From Candidatus Aenigmatarchaeota archaeon (lineage in GTDB: Archaea > Aenigmatarchaeota > Aenigmatarchaeia > CG10238-14): DNA of 64,000 bases. The notes beneath the pieces are model-generated. The model saw only the letters and a list, made by a program, of their open reading frames with translations. It did no database searches and was not told the DNA's origin. Shown here piece by piece: positions 26,683 to 36,586 of this stretch (position 1 is the stretch's first letter; every line of letters starts with the position of its first letter). Where the stretch lies: contig JAHLMN010000006.1 in the NCBI GenBank assembly GCA_018920345.1, positions 8,817 to 72,816 on the forward strand. Direction: 5' to 3'. The translations under genes and the position numbers were made by a program.

Positions 26683-27588
26683 ATGAAAAAAGAGCAGCTA
26701 GGAACTTTATTCGCTTTAATTACTGCAATAATAAGTGGTATAGCAATTCCTGCAAATAAATTATTTGTTGTTAAAATTGATCCACTTGTTTTTACATCAA
26801 TAAGATCAATAATAATTGGAGCAATATTTCTTCTGATTTCTTTAACAAGAAATGAATTTAACAAGAGAAAAAATAAGATTGATTGGAAAAATCTTTTGGC
26901 AATAGCAATAATAGGTGGTGCATTTGCATTTTATCTTTATTTTTCTGGTTTAAAGCTAACAACTTCAGGAAGAGCAGCTTTTTTACATAAAACACTACCT
27001 TTATATGTATGTGTTTTGGCTTTCATATTTCTTAAAGAAAAAATTGATAAAAAATTACTTTTAGCAATTACACTTATGTTTTTTGGCACAGTAATTCTTT
27101 ATTTGGGACAAATAAAACCTGCAGAAATGTGGCAAAATCCTTCTTTAGGCGATCTATTAGTTATTATAGCAACATTTCTTTGGGGAATAGAAAACATAAT
27201 AGCAAGAAAAGTAATGAGAGAAGGTGAAAGCAACTTTATAGTATCATTTTCAAGAATGTTTTTCGGAGGTCTAATATTGTTCGGTCTTTTAATTATTTCA
27301 AATAAATTAAATCAAATTTCTTCATTAACAACAGATCAAATAAGAAACATTCTTATATCAACCACAATACTATTTGGATATGTATTCTTTTGGTATAAAA
27401 GTGTTAAACTAATTAATGTTTCTAAAGCAAGCACATTTTTGCTAATATCTCCAGTTATATCTCTGATAATTGGCATATTAGCATTCAACGAACCATATAA
27501 TTCTTTGCAATTAATTGGTTCTGCTTTGATACTTTTAGGATCTTATTTTGCTGTTAAAACAAAAAGTGAATTAATGTATAGAACGTGA
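26683..27588 (+). CDS. EamA/DMT-superfamily transporter
   Basis: Ten predicted TM helices arranged as two EamA repeats. Confidence 0.7.
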   Translation: MKKEQLGTLFALITAIISGIAIPANKLFVVKIDPLVFTSIRSIIIGAIFLLISLTRNEFNKRKNKIDWKNLLAIAIIGGAFAFYLYFSGLKLTTSGRAAFLHKTLPLYVCVLAFIFLKEKIDKKLLLAITLMFFGTVILYLGQIKPAEMWQNPSLGDLLVIIATFLWGIENIIARKVMREGESNFIVSFSRMFFGGLILFGLLIISNKLNQISSLTTDQIRNILISTTILFGYVFFWYKSVKLINVSKASTFLLISPVISLIIGILAFNEPYNSLQLIGSALILLGSYFAVKTKSELMYRT

Positions 27589-28175
27589 TTTTTATGAAAA
27601 AGAAAATAATTTATTTAATATTCATTTTGCTGTTCTTAGGTTTAATAACATCTTATTTTTATTTTAATGAAAAAAATAATTCTTGTGGAAAAATAAGATG
27701 TCTAAGATATGATCCAGTTTGTGGAGAAGACGGAAAGACATACGCTTGTGGTGAAGCTGATGCAATATCTTGCGGCACCAAAGTTGCATACAAAGGTGTT
27801 TGTCAAAATGAAATAGTTTGCACTATGCAATATGATCCTGTTTGCGGCATAGACGGAAAGACATATTCTAATTCATGTTTTGCTATGTCAGCGGGAGTTC
27901 AAATTGCATATGAAGGTGAATGTAAAACAGAAACAAAATTTTATACAATTGATGAAATATCAAAACATAATTCAGAAAAAAGCTGTTGGACTATTATTAG
28001 AGATAAAGTTTACGATTTAACTTCATTTATTAATGAACATCCAGGTGGCCCTCAAAATATTATATCTTTATGTGGTAAAGATGGAACAAAAAGTTTTGAA
28101 AATAAACATGGTGGTCAGTTAAAACAAGAACAAAAATTAAATGAATTTGAAATAGGTTTAATTAAAAATATTTAA
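27585..28175 (+). CDS. secreted protein with two Kazal-type domains fused to a cytochrome b5 heme-binding domain
   Basis: Signal/TM N-terminus. Kazal 1 CGKIRCLRYDPVCGEDGKTYACGEADAISCGTKVAYKGVC. Kazal 2 CTMQYDPVCGIDGKTYSNSCFAMSAGVQIAYEGEC. Cyt-b5 region FINEHPGGPQNIISLCGKDGTKSFENKHGG. Confidence 0.6.
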   Translation: MIFMKKKIIYLIFILLFLGLITSYFYFNEKNNSCGKIRCLRYDPVCGEDGKTYACGEADAISCGTKVAYKGVCQNEIVCTMQYDPVCGIDGKTYSNSCFAMSAGVQIAYEGECKTETKFYTIDEISKHNSEKSCWTIIRDKVYDLTSFINEHPGGPQNIISLCGKDGTKSFENKHGGQLKQEQKLNEFEIGLIKNI

Positions 28176-28210
28176 ATTATATATACAAAATATATTTTCC
28201 TGGTGTTTCT

Positions 28211-28810
28211 ATGGAATTTGAACAAATTATGAAAGAAAGATATGCAACTAAATTATTTGATAAAAGAAAAATCCCAGAAGAGAAGATACAAAAATTAATT
28301 GATATTATTAGGCTAACACCTTCTTCCTACAATTTGCAACCATGGAAAATAAAAATAATCTCTGATGATGAAACAAAGAAGAAACTAATGCCAGCATCAT
28401 TTAATCAGAAACAAATAGAAACATGCTCTCATTTATTAGTTTTGTGTGCTGACATTGATATTTTAACTAGATTAGAAAAAATAACAAAAGTAATGAAGGA
28501 GAATGGAATTGAAGATTCTAAAATAAAAGCTTATTCTTCTATGATAAAAGAAGTTGTAAAATCTATGAAAAAGGAAGAAATATTAAATTGGACACAAAAA
28601 CAAGTATACATACTTTTAGCAAATACTTTGAATGCAGCTAAACATCTCGGCTTAGATTCATGCCCAATGGAAGGATTTGAACCAAAAGAATATAGTAAGA
28701 TATTGAATTTACCTAAAAATCTAATACCTACGGTTTTATGTCCAATAGGATATGCTGCAGATACACCAAGAAAAAAAATAAGACTAGAGAAAGAAGATAT
28801 TATATTTTAA
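28211..28810 (+). CDS. nitroreductase-family protein
   Basis: ERYATKLFDKRKIPEEKIQKLID...TPSSYNLQPWKIKII matches the nitroreductase fold signature. Confidence 0.75.
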   Translation: MEFEQIMKERYATKLFDKRKIPEEKIQKLIDIIRLTPSSYNLQPWKIKIISDDETKKKLMPASFNQKQIETCSHLLVLCADIDILTRLEKITKVMKENGIEDSKIKAYSSMIKEVVKSMKKEEILNWTQKQVYILLANTLNAAKHLGLDSCPMEGFEPKEYSKILNLPKNLIPTVLCPIGYAADTPRKKIRLEKEDIIF

Positions 28811-28828
28811 GATGAACAAAATAATTAT

Positions 28829-30169
28829 ATGCAATCATTTTTTAAACCAAAATCAGTTGCAATCATCGGAGCTTCTAGAGAAGAAGGAAAACTAGGACAT
28901 ATAATTTTTCGTAATTTTTTTGACAATGGCTTCAAAAAATTATATCCTATAAATCCTAATGCAGACGAAATATTAGGTATAAGATGCTATAAATCAGTTT
29001 TAGATGTAAAAGATAACATAGATTTAGCTGTTATTGTTGTTCCAGCAAAAGTTGTATTTCAAGTTTTATCTGATTGTGTTAAGAAAAAGATAAAATCTGT
29101 TATAATAATTTCTTCTGGTTTTTCTGAGGTTGGTGAGGAAGGAAAAAAACTTGAGGAGCAATTAAAACAATTAATATCCAAAAGTAAGACGAGAGTTATT
29201 GGACCAAATTGTGTTGGAATATATGATGCATATTCAAAAGTTGATACATTGTTTCTTTCAAAAGTTAGATGTGGAAGACCAAAAAAAGGTAATATATCTT
29301 TCATTTCACAATCAGGTGCTGTTGGCTCAACAATATTAGATATTTTATATAGCAAAGACATAGGGATAAGCAAATTCATATCTTATGGAAATGGTATTGA
29401 CGTTAATGAATCAGAGTTGATAGAATTTCTAGGAAAGGATAAAACAACCAAGGTAATAATAGCATACATAGAAGGTTTAAGGAGCAACGGAAGAATTTTT
29501 TTAGAGAAAGTTAAGAAAGTGAAAAAACCTATAATAATTTTGAAAAGCGGAAAAAGTAACAAGGGCACAAAAGCCGTTTCATCTCATACAGGTTCTTTGG
29601 CTGGATCTAGTAGAATATATTCTGCTGCTTTCAGACAATTTGGTATAATAGAGGCAAATAATTGGGAAGAATTATTAGACTATTCTATTGCTTTATCAAC
29701 TCAACCTTCAGCTAAAGACAACAGAATTGTTATAATAACCGATGGAGGAGGATTTGGTGTTTTAGCAACAGACGAAGCAGAAAAACTTGGTTTAAACATA
29801 CCTGAGCCTTCTGAAAAATTAAAACAAAGAATACTACAAAAAATGCCAAGTTATATTAGCTTACATAATCCCATTGATTTGACAGGAGATGCTAATGCAG
29901 AAAGATATAAAATAGCATTAACAGAATGTCTTTCAAGTAAAGAATATGATGCAGCTTTGGTTATACCATTATTTCAAGTACCAACTTTAGAAGAAAAAGT
30001 TGTAGAGCACATAATTGAAGCAAAAAAATTTGGTAAACCAATAGTAGTTTGCTCTGTAGGAAGCGATTTTTCAGAAAAGCAAAATAAAAAATTAATAGAG
30101 GCAGCTATACCAGTTTTTCCAACACCAGAAAGAGCTGTTAAAGCTTTAAGAGTTTTAGTTAGATATTAA
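28829..30169 (+). CDS. acdA: acetyl-CoA synthetase (ADP-forming) alpha subunit
   Basis: CoA-binding N-terminus FKPKSVAIIGAS, a succinyl-CoA-synthetase-like core, and a length of 446 aa. Confidence 0.8.
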   Translation: MQSFFKPKSVAIIGASREEGKLGHIIFRNFFDNGFKKLYPINPNADEILGIRCYKSVLDVKDNIDLAVIVVPAKVVFQVLSDCVKKKIKSVIIISSGFSEVGEEGKKLEEQLKQLISKSKTRVIGPNCVGIYDAYSKVDTLFLSKVRCGRPKKGNISFISQSGAVGSTILDILYSKDIGISKFISYGNGIDVNESELIEFLGKDKTTKVIIAYIEGLRSNGRIFLEKVKKVKKPIIILKSGKSNKGTKAVSSHTGSLAGSSRIYSAAFRQFGIIEANNWEELLDYSIALSTQPSAKDNRIVIITDGGGFGVLATDEAEKLGLNIPEPSEKLKQRILQKMPSYISLHNPIDLTGDANAERYKIALTECLSSKEYDAALVIPLFQVPTLEEKVVEHIIEAKKFGKPIVVCSVGSDFSEKQNKKLIEAAIPVFPTPERAVKALRVLVRY

Positions 30170-30795
30170 CAAGTTTTTACTTGACTTTCTGGAACTTCTA
30201 AACCAACAGGAACAGTATAATATTTTTCACCTATTTTTACAACACAATCTATATTATTATTCTTTAATGTATAATACAAGCAGTTTTTACTTTGTGCCCA
30301 ATTACATTCCAAAGCTTTGTAATTTGACTGTAATGTATTGAATTTAGTTGTAAGGCTACTATAATCATCTTGTAAAGTTTTTAATTGATCTGCTAGGTTT
30401 TGTTTTTCAGAAACACATGTGTCAACATTTTTTTGAGATTTATCTATTTGCATTCTAGCATTTTCCAAATCTGTTTTTGTTTTGCTTAGGTCTGTTTTAC
30501 ATATCTCTAGTTCATTTCTAGTATTTTGCAAGTCAACCTCTAAACCTGCCATTTGTTTTTCCATTACCATTACTTTTGATTGAGCTTCTGTTATTCTTGC
30601 AGTATAAGTAACATAACCTGTATAGCTTAAAGCAACCAAAGCAACTAAAATAATTGGTATAAGCAACAAAACCCATTTGCTTTTAGCATTTTCATCAAAA
30701 TGCAGCTCTTGCTTAAAAGCCTCCCATTTATCTTTCAGTTTATTAAAAAATCTTTTAATGGGAGAACCTTTCTTATCTTCGTAAGGCTCATACAT
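30166..30795 (-). CDS. membrane-anchored coiled-coil protein with C-terminal Cys-containing domain
   Basis: TM helix, a long coiled coil (MEKQMAGLEVDLQNTRNELEICKTDLSKTK...) and a C-terminus with Cys residues. Confidence 0.35.
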   Translation of the reverse strand: MYEPYEDKKGSPIKRFFNKLKDKWEAFKQELHFDENAKSKWVLLLIPIILVALVALSYTGYVTYTARITEAQSKVMVMEKQMAGLEVDLQNTRNELEICKTDLSKTKTDLENARMQIDKSQKNVDTCVSEKQNLADQLKTLQDDYSSLTTKFNTLQSNYKALECNWAQSKNCLYYTLKNNNIDCVVKIGEKYYTVPVGLEVPESQVKTC

Positions 30796-30835
30796 GTTTA
30801 TCTATCTATTATTTTTGTAGTTTAATGCTAAATAA

Positions 30836-31114
30836 TTATTTCTTAATATTCATTTTAAATTCATTCTCTAATTCTTTAACTTTATTTTGTAGTGATTTAG
30901 CTGCATCTAACAAAACTTTTTTAGGACTAGCGCCTTTTGTCTTTACATAAACCTTTGGTTCTGACATATACGGATGCTCTTTTATGCTAGCTGCTTCGTC
31001 AACATCTTTACTCTCCCACAATTCTTCTCTTAATAAATTAGCAAAACCTATAGTATCCCCTTTTAATTCTACAAGTAAGGAGTCCTTTTCTTGTTTTAAC
31101 ACTTTTACTTCCAT
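30836..31114 (-). CDS. rpoL: DNA-directed RNA polymerase subunit L (Rpb11 homolog)
   Basis: 92 aa. MEVKVLKQEKDSLLVELKGDTIGFANLLREEL...EHPYMSEPKVYVKTKG matches RpoL. Confidence 0.7.
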   Translation of the reverse strand: MEVKVLKQEKDSLLVELKGDTIGFANLLREELWESKDVDEAASIKEHPYMSEPKVYVKTKGASPKKVLLDAAKSLQNKVKELENEFKMNIKK

Positions 31115-31168
31115 ATTAACACCTCAAGATACCTATTATATTCAACACCTTAAATTTATAAATTATAC

Positions 31169-31510
31169 TTAAATAGAAATACTAAAAACTTTTTCCTTAT
31201 TTTTTTCACCTTTTAATAATTTTACTTTGCTTGTAGATATACCATAATAATTTGCCAATATTTTAATAGCTTCCAAATTAGCTTTGCCCTTTTCAGGTAA
31301 TGCCTCTACACCTATTTCAATAAAATCTCCTCTTATTTTAACATATTGATTTTTACAACCTGTTTTTACTTTAGCTTTTACTATCACAATAAATAGAATA
31401 ATAAGAAAACTTAAATTGATAAGAGCTAAAAGTAATACTATGGCATTAAATATAGTTGAAAAATATAAATTGAATACAGAGGACTTTAAGATATATTTTG
31501 ATAATAACAA
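31169..31510 (-). CDS. DUF167/YggU-family protein (true start probably downstream of track start)
   Basis: C-terminal YVKIRGDFIEIGVEALPEKGKANLEAIKILANYYGISTSKVKLLKGEKNKEK matches DUF167. The ORF's N-terminal hydrophobic part overlaps the next gene by 95 nt. Confidence 0.5.
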   Translation of the reverse strand: MLLSKYILKSSVFNLYFSTIFNAIVLLLALINLSFLIILFIVIVKAKVKTGCKNQYVKIRGDFIEIGVEALPEKGKANLEAIKILANYYGISTSKVKLLKGEKNKEKVFSISI

Positions 31511-31901
31511 AAAAACCCATGTTGCTGAAAATATTGAAACAGGAGAAAAAACAAATATAGGTGTTCTAGGAATATTTCTTGAAATGGGTATTTTAAGACC
31601 TTTAGATGAGCAGGATAAACTGGTTGAAATAAAGCAAAAAATATCAGATTTAGAAAAAAAGATAGAAGTTTTAATTGATAAAGTGGAAAATATTCAATTA
31701 AATCAAGCTTTTGTAAAAAAAGATGATCAACCAGAGGAAGAGGAAGAAACGCCTGAGGATCAAGAAATAAAAATTAAAGAAAAGCCTAGATTTGATATAA
31801 GAGAAAAAATAATAGAAAAATCATTAAAAAAGATACATAAATATGATGAAAATGTGATTAAAGATAGTGAAGATCAAGAGGAAGTTTGGGAAGAAATTTA
31901 A
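31416..31901 (+). CDS. acidic hypothetical protein
   Basis: 161-aa ORF, highly acidic at the C-terminus. The start is probably at MALNIVEKYK. No family assigned. Confidence 0.3.
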   Translation: MIRAKSNTMALNIVEKYKLNTEDFKIYFDNNKKTHVAENIETGEKTNIGVLGIFLEMGILRPLDEQDKLVEIKQKISDLEKKIEVLIDKVENIQLNQAFVKKDDQPEEEEETPEDQEIKIKEKPRFDIREKIIEKSLKKIHKYDENVIKDSEDQEEVWEEI

Positions 31902-32128
31902 AGCAACTCTTTCATCGCTTTTATTATACCCTCCACAACTTCCTTTGAGTTTGGTATTGTAACAGATTGTTTATATCTTCTCTGACCGCTATTACTAACA
32001 AAACCTCTAGAAACAGATATAAATTCTGTTTCTCCTTCTGGTGTCACTGCTTTTTTTCTTGCAATCTCGATAAAATTGTTTTTTCCAAAACCAACATCTT
32101 GGCTTTTTACAGTTTTATATTCTACCAT
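31898..32128 (-). CDS. small conserved hypothetical protein (76 aa)
   Basis: MVEYKTVKSQDVGFGKNNFIEIARKKAVTPEGETEFISVSRGF... Small beta-rich protein with no secure family. Confidence 0.35.
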   Translation of the reverse strand: MVEYKTVKSQDVGFGKNNFIEIARKKAVTPEGETEFISVSRGFVSNSGQRRYKQSVTIPNSKEVVEGIIKAMKELL

Positions 32129-32142
32129 TTTTTCACCTCAGA

Positions 32143-32217
32143 TGGGCCACGCCAGATTTGAACTGGCGACCTCCTGATTATCAGTCAGGCGCTCCAACCA
32201 GGCTAAGCTAGTGGCCC
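32143..32217 (-). tRNA. tRNA-Ile (anticodon GAU)
   Basis: Reverse complement GGGCCAC-TA-GCTTAGCCTGGTTGGAGC-G-CCTGA-CTGATAA-TCAGG-AGGTC-GCCAGTTCAAATCTGGC-GTGGCCC-A is a clean cloverleaf. Confidence 0.85.
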
Positions 32218-32263
32218 AATCCTATATTTAAATTCTCTACAAATTTTTAATAATTAATATCTT

Positions 32264-32336
32264 GGGCCAGTAGATCAACGGCTAGATCGCTGCCTTCGCA
32301 AGGCAGAGGCTGTGGGTTCAATTCCCACCTGGTCCA
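32264..32336 (+). tRNA. tRNA-Ala (anticodon CGC)
   Basis: GGGCCAG-TA-GATCAACGGCTAGATC-G-CTGCC-TTCGCAA-GGCAG-AGGCT-GTGGGTTCAATTCCCAC-CTGGTCC-A. Carries the G3:U70 Ala identity pair. Confidence 0.85.
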
Positions 32337-32445
32337 AATACCTTATTTAAACAAACAATACAACAAGAAAAATTATAATGAAAGATAAAAGCTAATATCA
32401 TTATCTAGATATTTGTAAGTAAAAATTGCAAAAACCCAAAATAAA

Positions 32446-32679
32446 TTATTTTTTTAATGTTTTTAAGAAAGCTTCTTTTAAAGAAACAGTATTATCGCAC
32501 AAAGGATATCCAATACAACCCCAAAAAGAGCCATACTTGCCTTTTTTTATAACCATCATAGCTCCACATTTCTTACAACTATAGCGTTTAATAGGTTTTT
32601 GAAAACAGTTTTTACATACAGGCTGATCAGCAGAATTATACATTGTCGCTATTTTTCCACAATGAACACAAATATCCAT
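32446..32679 (-). CDS. stand-alone topoisomerase-type C4 zinc-finger protein
   Basis: Cys pairs CVHCGK...CKNC and CKKCGAMMVIKKGKYGSFWGCIGYPLC resemble the zf-C4 domain of topoisomerase I. Confidence 0.45.
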   Translation of the reverse strand: MDICVHCGKIATMYNSADQPVCKNCFQKPIKRYSCKKCGAMMVIKKGKYGSFWGCIGYPLCDNTVSLKEAFLKTLKK

Positions 32680-32742
32680 TCAAAAAGATTGTTGTTATGA
32701 ATTATTAAAATTTTTTTAAATAAACTATTTGAAAATAAATTT

Positions 32743-34059
32743 ATGCCTCATAAAGTTGACAAAGAAATATTTGATTTGATAAATAAAGAATTAGAGAGGC
32801 AGAAAACATTTCTAGAAATGATACCATCAGAAAATTTTGCCAGTCCCGCTGTTTTAGAAGCCTTAGGTTCTGTTTTGACAAATAAATATTCAGAAGGTTA
32901 TCCTGGAAAAAGGTATTATGGAGGAAATGAATTTATAGATAAAATAGAGCAACTTGCTATAGAAAGAGCAAAAAAACTTTTTGGCGTTGAGCATGTAAAT
33001 GTACAGCCATACTCAGGTAGTCCTGCAAATTTTGCGGTTTATATGGCTTTATGTAAACCAGGAGATACAATAATGGGTTTAGAACTTTCTCATGGCGGTC
33101 ATTTAACACATGGATGGAAGACAAGCGTATCTGGTATGCTCTTCAATTCAATACCTTATCATGTTAATAAAGATGGTTATATAGATTTTGAAGAATTGGA
33201 GGAACTTGCAAAAAAACATAAACCAAAAATAATATGGTGTGGTTTTACTGCATACCCAAGAATAATTGATTTTAAAAGATTTGGAGAAATTGCTGATTCT
33301 GTTGGTGCTTATCTTGTTGCTGATATTTCACATATAGCTGGTTTGATTGTCGGTGGTATTCACCCAAGCCCAAACAAAGATGCTCATATAATAACTACGA
33401 CAACTCATAAAACTTTAAGAGGTCCTAGAGGAGCAATGATAATGGTAACAAAAAAAGGAATAGAGAAAGATCCAGATTTGCCAACAAAAATTGATAAGAC
33501 TGTTTTTCCTGGATTACAAGGAGGTCCGCATGACAATACAACAGCAGCTATAGCCGTAGCTTTGTATGAAGCTTCTCTACCAGAGTTCAAAGAATATGCG
33601 AGACAAATCGTTAAAAATTGTCAAGTTTTAGCAGAAGAATTGAAAAAGAAAGGTTTTAAACTTGTAACAGGCGGCACTGATAATCATCTCTTATTAATAG
33701 ATTTGACGCCTTTTGGTGTTGGAAAAGGATTATATGCGCAAGAAGCTTTAGATTTAGCAGGAATAGTTGTTAATAAAAACACTATACCAAACGATCCATC
33801 ACCTTTTTACCCAAGTGGTATTAGATGCGGGACACCAGCTTTAACAACTAGAGGAATGAAAGAAAAAGAAATGAAACAAATAGCAGATATGATTTATAGA
33901 GTCATTTATGAAATAAAGGATTATGAATTTTCAAAAGATAAGAAAGATGAATTAATACAGAAATTTAGAAGTGAAATAAAGCAAAATAAAACAATAAAAC
34001 AAGTAAGAAAAGAAGTAATAGATCTTTGTAAAAAGTTTCCATTATATGAAGGTATGTGA
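32743..34059 (+). CDS. glyA: serine hydroxymethyltransferase
   Basis: SHMT PLP-site region HGGHLTHG...[16 protein letters not shown]. 438 aa. Confidence 0.9.
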   Translation: MPHKVDKEIFDLINKELERQKTFLEMIPSENFASPAVLEALGSVLTNKYSEGYPGKRYYGGNEFIDKIEQLAIERAKKLFGVEHVNVQPYSGSPANFAVYMALCKPGDTIMGLELSHGGHLTHGWKTSVSGMLFNSIPYHVNKDGYIDFEELEELAKKHKPKIIWCGFTAYPRIIDFKRFGEIADSVGAYLVADISHIAGLIVGGIHPSPNKDAHIITTTTHKTLRGPRGAMIMVTKKGIEKDPDLPTKIDKTVFPGLQGGPHDNTTAAIAVALYEASLPEFKEYARQIVKNCQVLAEELKKKGFKLVTGGTDNHLLLIDLTPFGVGKGLYAQEALDLAGIVVNKNTIPNDPSPFYPSGIRCGTPALTTRGMKEKEMKQIADMIYRVIYEIKDYEFSKDKKDELIQKFRSEIKQNKTIKQVRKEVIDLCKKFPLYEGM

Positions 34060-35678
34060 TTTTTATGGAAAATTTTACAGATCAAGAAAAGGCTATATTG
34101 AAACCATTTTTTACTAATTTAGATAAACCTGTTTTTGTATTAGTTAATCTTCCTGAAGTTGTTAAAGGTGCTTTATTTTCTCGTTATAGTCGCTCACCTA
34201 AAAGTTTAAGAAGAGTTTTACTTGAAGAATTTATACAAAACCCTGAAATGAATTTTAAAGAAATAGCATCAATGGATGAAAAAACAATATTTGAAAAATT
34301 TGTTGCAACAAAAAAAGCAGAAGAATTTTATGATAGAGTACTAGTGGGTTATGGTGATGATTCTGTTGCAGAGCTAGCTGGAGTTCATATTGCTTGTGAA
34401 GATGTATCTCAACTTTTAGCTGCCAAAGCTTTAGAAGACAATCGTATAGGTATATCACCATTAGAAAAATCTACTAGATATGTTTGGTTTGATCAAAAAG
34501 AGAATGGCAAATACAAATACTATAGAGATCCTGATATAATGGAGTCAGGTTTTGATAATTTGTATGAGGAAAGTATGGATTTTTTATTTGACACATATTC
34601 TGAACTTGTACCTCCTTTATCTGAATTTATTCAAAGCAAAAACCCAAAAACCGAGGATGTTTCTGAAAGAGCTTACCAAGCAACCATTAGGGCTAAAGTT
34701 TGTGATATATTAAGACAACTTTTACCTTCATGTACTTTAACAAATGTTGGTTTGTTTGGAAATGGGAGAGCATTTGAGTATATGCTTAATAAGATGTATG
34801 TTTCACCTTTAGCTGAAGTTAGACAATTGGCTACATCTATACAAGAAGAATTAGACAAAGTAATACCATCTTTTGTCAAAAGAGCTAAAACAGAGCATGG
34901 AAAAATGATGCAAGAATATTTGAAAAACACAGAAGATGCAATGTGGCTTTTCAAGATTGAAGGAGCTACAAGCAGAGAAGATATAGAATTAGTAGATTAT
35001 GATCAGGACGCAGAAGAAAAAGTTATATCAGCTATTCTTTACCCCTATTCAAACTTATCTATGATAGAGTTGAGAAAGAAAGTTAAAGAAATGACACAAG
35101 ATGAAAAGAAAAAAATATTAAATGAATATGCAGGGAGAAGAAAAGTTAGACAGCACAAAATTGGTAGAGCTTTTGAAAATACATTTTACACTTTTGATAT
35201 ACTTGCACCTCTAGGTGCATATAAAGATTTACAGAGACATAGGATGCTCACTCAACAAAGGCAATTGATAACAACAGATTATGGTTTTGATATACCTAAG
35301 GAAATTTTAGAAGCAAAATTAGAGGTTAAATACAAAAAGGCGATGGAACAAGCTTCTTTAGCATTTAACAAAGTAAGAGAAAAAATGCCGATTCAAGCAC
35401 AATATCTAGTTCCTTTAGGCTTCAAGGTAAGATGGTATTTTAAACTTAATTTACGTGAAGTATGTCATTTAACAGAGCTAAGAAGCAGCCCTCAAGGACA
35501 TGAATACTATAGAAAAATTGCACAAGCCATTGCTTTAAAGGTTAGAGAGGTTCATCCTTTGTTGGCTGAGCATGCAACAAAATTTGTTGATTTTAAAGAT
35601 TATTCTTTAGAAAGACTAGAAGCTGAAAAGAAATTAGATGAAAAAATAAAAAAATTGCAAGAAAAATACAAAAAATAA
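34056..35678 (+). CDS. thyX: ThyX-like (flavin-dependent thymidylate synthase) protein, apparent fused tandem duplication
   Basis: The N-half has a ThyX-like block [40 protein letters not shown], where RHR is degenerate but the S-x-x-S-x-RY part is kept. The C-half has [12 protein letters not shown] (RHR kept). The start overlaps the glyA stop by 4 nt. Confidence 0.5.
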   Translation: MIFMENFTDQEKAILKPFFTNLDKPVFVLVNLPEVVKGALFSRYSRSPKSLRRVLLEEFIQNPEMNFKEIASMDEKTIFEKFVATKKAEEFYDRVLVGYGDDSVAELAGVHIACEDVSQLLAAKALEDNRIGISPLEKSTRYVWFDQKENGKYKYYRDPDIMESGFDNLYEESMDFLFDTYSELVPPLSEFIQSKNPKTEDVSERAYQATIRAKVCDILRQLLPSCTLTNVGLFGNGRAFEYMLNKMYVSPLAEVRQLATSIQEELDKVIPSFVKRAKTEHGKMMQEYLKNTEDAMWLFKIEGATSREDIELVDYDQDAEEKVISAILYPYSNLSMIELRKKVKEMTQDEKKKILNEYAGRRKVRQHKIGRAFENTFYTFDILAPLGAYKDLQRHRMLTQQRQLITTDYGFDIPKEILEAKLEVKYKKAMEQASLAFNKVREKMPIQAQYLVPLGFKVRWYFKLNLREVCHLTELRSSPQGHEYYRKIAQAIALKVREVHPLLAEHATKFVDFKDYSLERLEAEKKLDEKIKKLQEKYKK

Positions 35679-35710
35679 ATTTATTTTAGCATAAAACAAA
35701 ATTAAACACA

Positions 35711-36553
35711 ATGTTTGATTTTGCCTTAGCCTCATTTAATTCAACTAATGCTACGAATACATCAGCTATTAATTTTTTGCAATCTTATCTCTATTCCCTG
35801 CCATCCCAAGCAATTCAGGGTGATGTAGCTGCAATATCCATATCATTTATGTTATTTTTCCTAGGAATTTTTATTGTCAACAAAATGACAGAAGCCTTAT
35901 TAGCTATAATAAAAAGAACAATACTTTTCTTTATAACAGGAATAGCTTTTTACTATTTTTTTAAAACATTTATGCTAAGATTATCATTACAAGGTTTAAC
36001 AACAGAAAATATCATTTTTGGTATATTTGGGAGTATATTAGGAACAATAGGTGTTATTTTATCTTTTATTTGGCTCTTTCAGAGTTTTAGAAAAAAAGAA
36101 CCAAAGTTGCTAGTTTATGAAAGTGATATAAAAAAAGATGAAAATAAAGTTGAGCAAGAAGAAAAAAAAGATATATTTCAAACAATAAAACAAGATGTTT
36201 TTTTCAAGGAAAAAAATATATTCAGTATAATAATCTATTTGACAATAGCAGAATTTGGTATATTTTGTTCCCCGACAAAAACAGCACCTACTATTGAAAT
36301 AGGGTTAACATTCTTTATTATTTTTATTACAGCATCAATATTTTTTATTAAAAAAATATACAAAGATTTTTCTACTGGATTAATGCAGTTTGGTATAGCA
36401 TTAATTTTTGGTTATCTCCTTTCTATTATGTTAGGACATTTTTGGAATAATTATGAATGGAATGTTTTATTATCTTTAGAGTATTTTACAACAACAAGTT
36501 TAGTAGCATTAATAACTGGGATAGCTGTCTCATTATTTATGAGCAGTAGATAA
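35711..36553 (+). CDS. polytopic membrane protein, unknown function
   Basis: About eight TM helices with a central charged loop. Confidence 0.4.
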   Translation: MFDFALASFNSTNATNTSAINFLQSYLYSLPSQAIQGDVAAISISFMLFFLGIFIVNKMTEALLAIIKRTILFFITGIAFYYFFKTFMLRLSLQGLTTENIIFGIFGSILGTIGVILSFIWLFQSFRKKEPKLLVYESDIKKDENKVEQEEKKDIFQTIKQDVFFKEKNIFSIIIYLTIAEFGIFCSPTKTAPTIEIGLTFFIIFITASIFFIKKIYKDFSTGLMQFGIALIFGYLLSIMLGHFWNNYEWNVLLSLEYFTTTSLVALITGIAVSLFMSSR

Positions 36554-36586
36554 TTTTTTTAGCCTTACATATTTATCTATTAATTA

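Noticed and set aside
28829-30169. Antisense ORFs 29059..29379 and 29383..29568 within acdA
   Set aside because: Embedded antisense in a well-supported gene.
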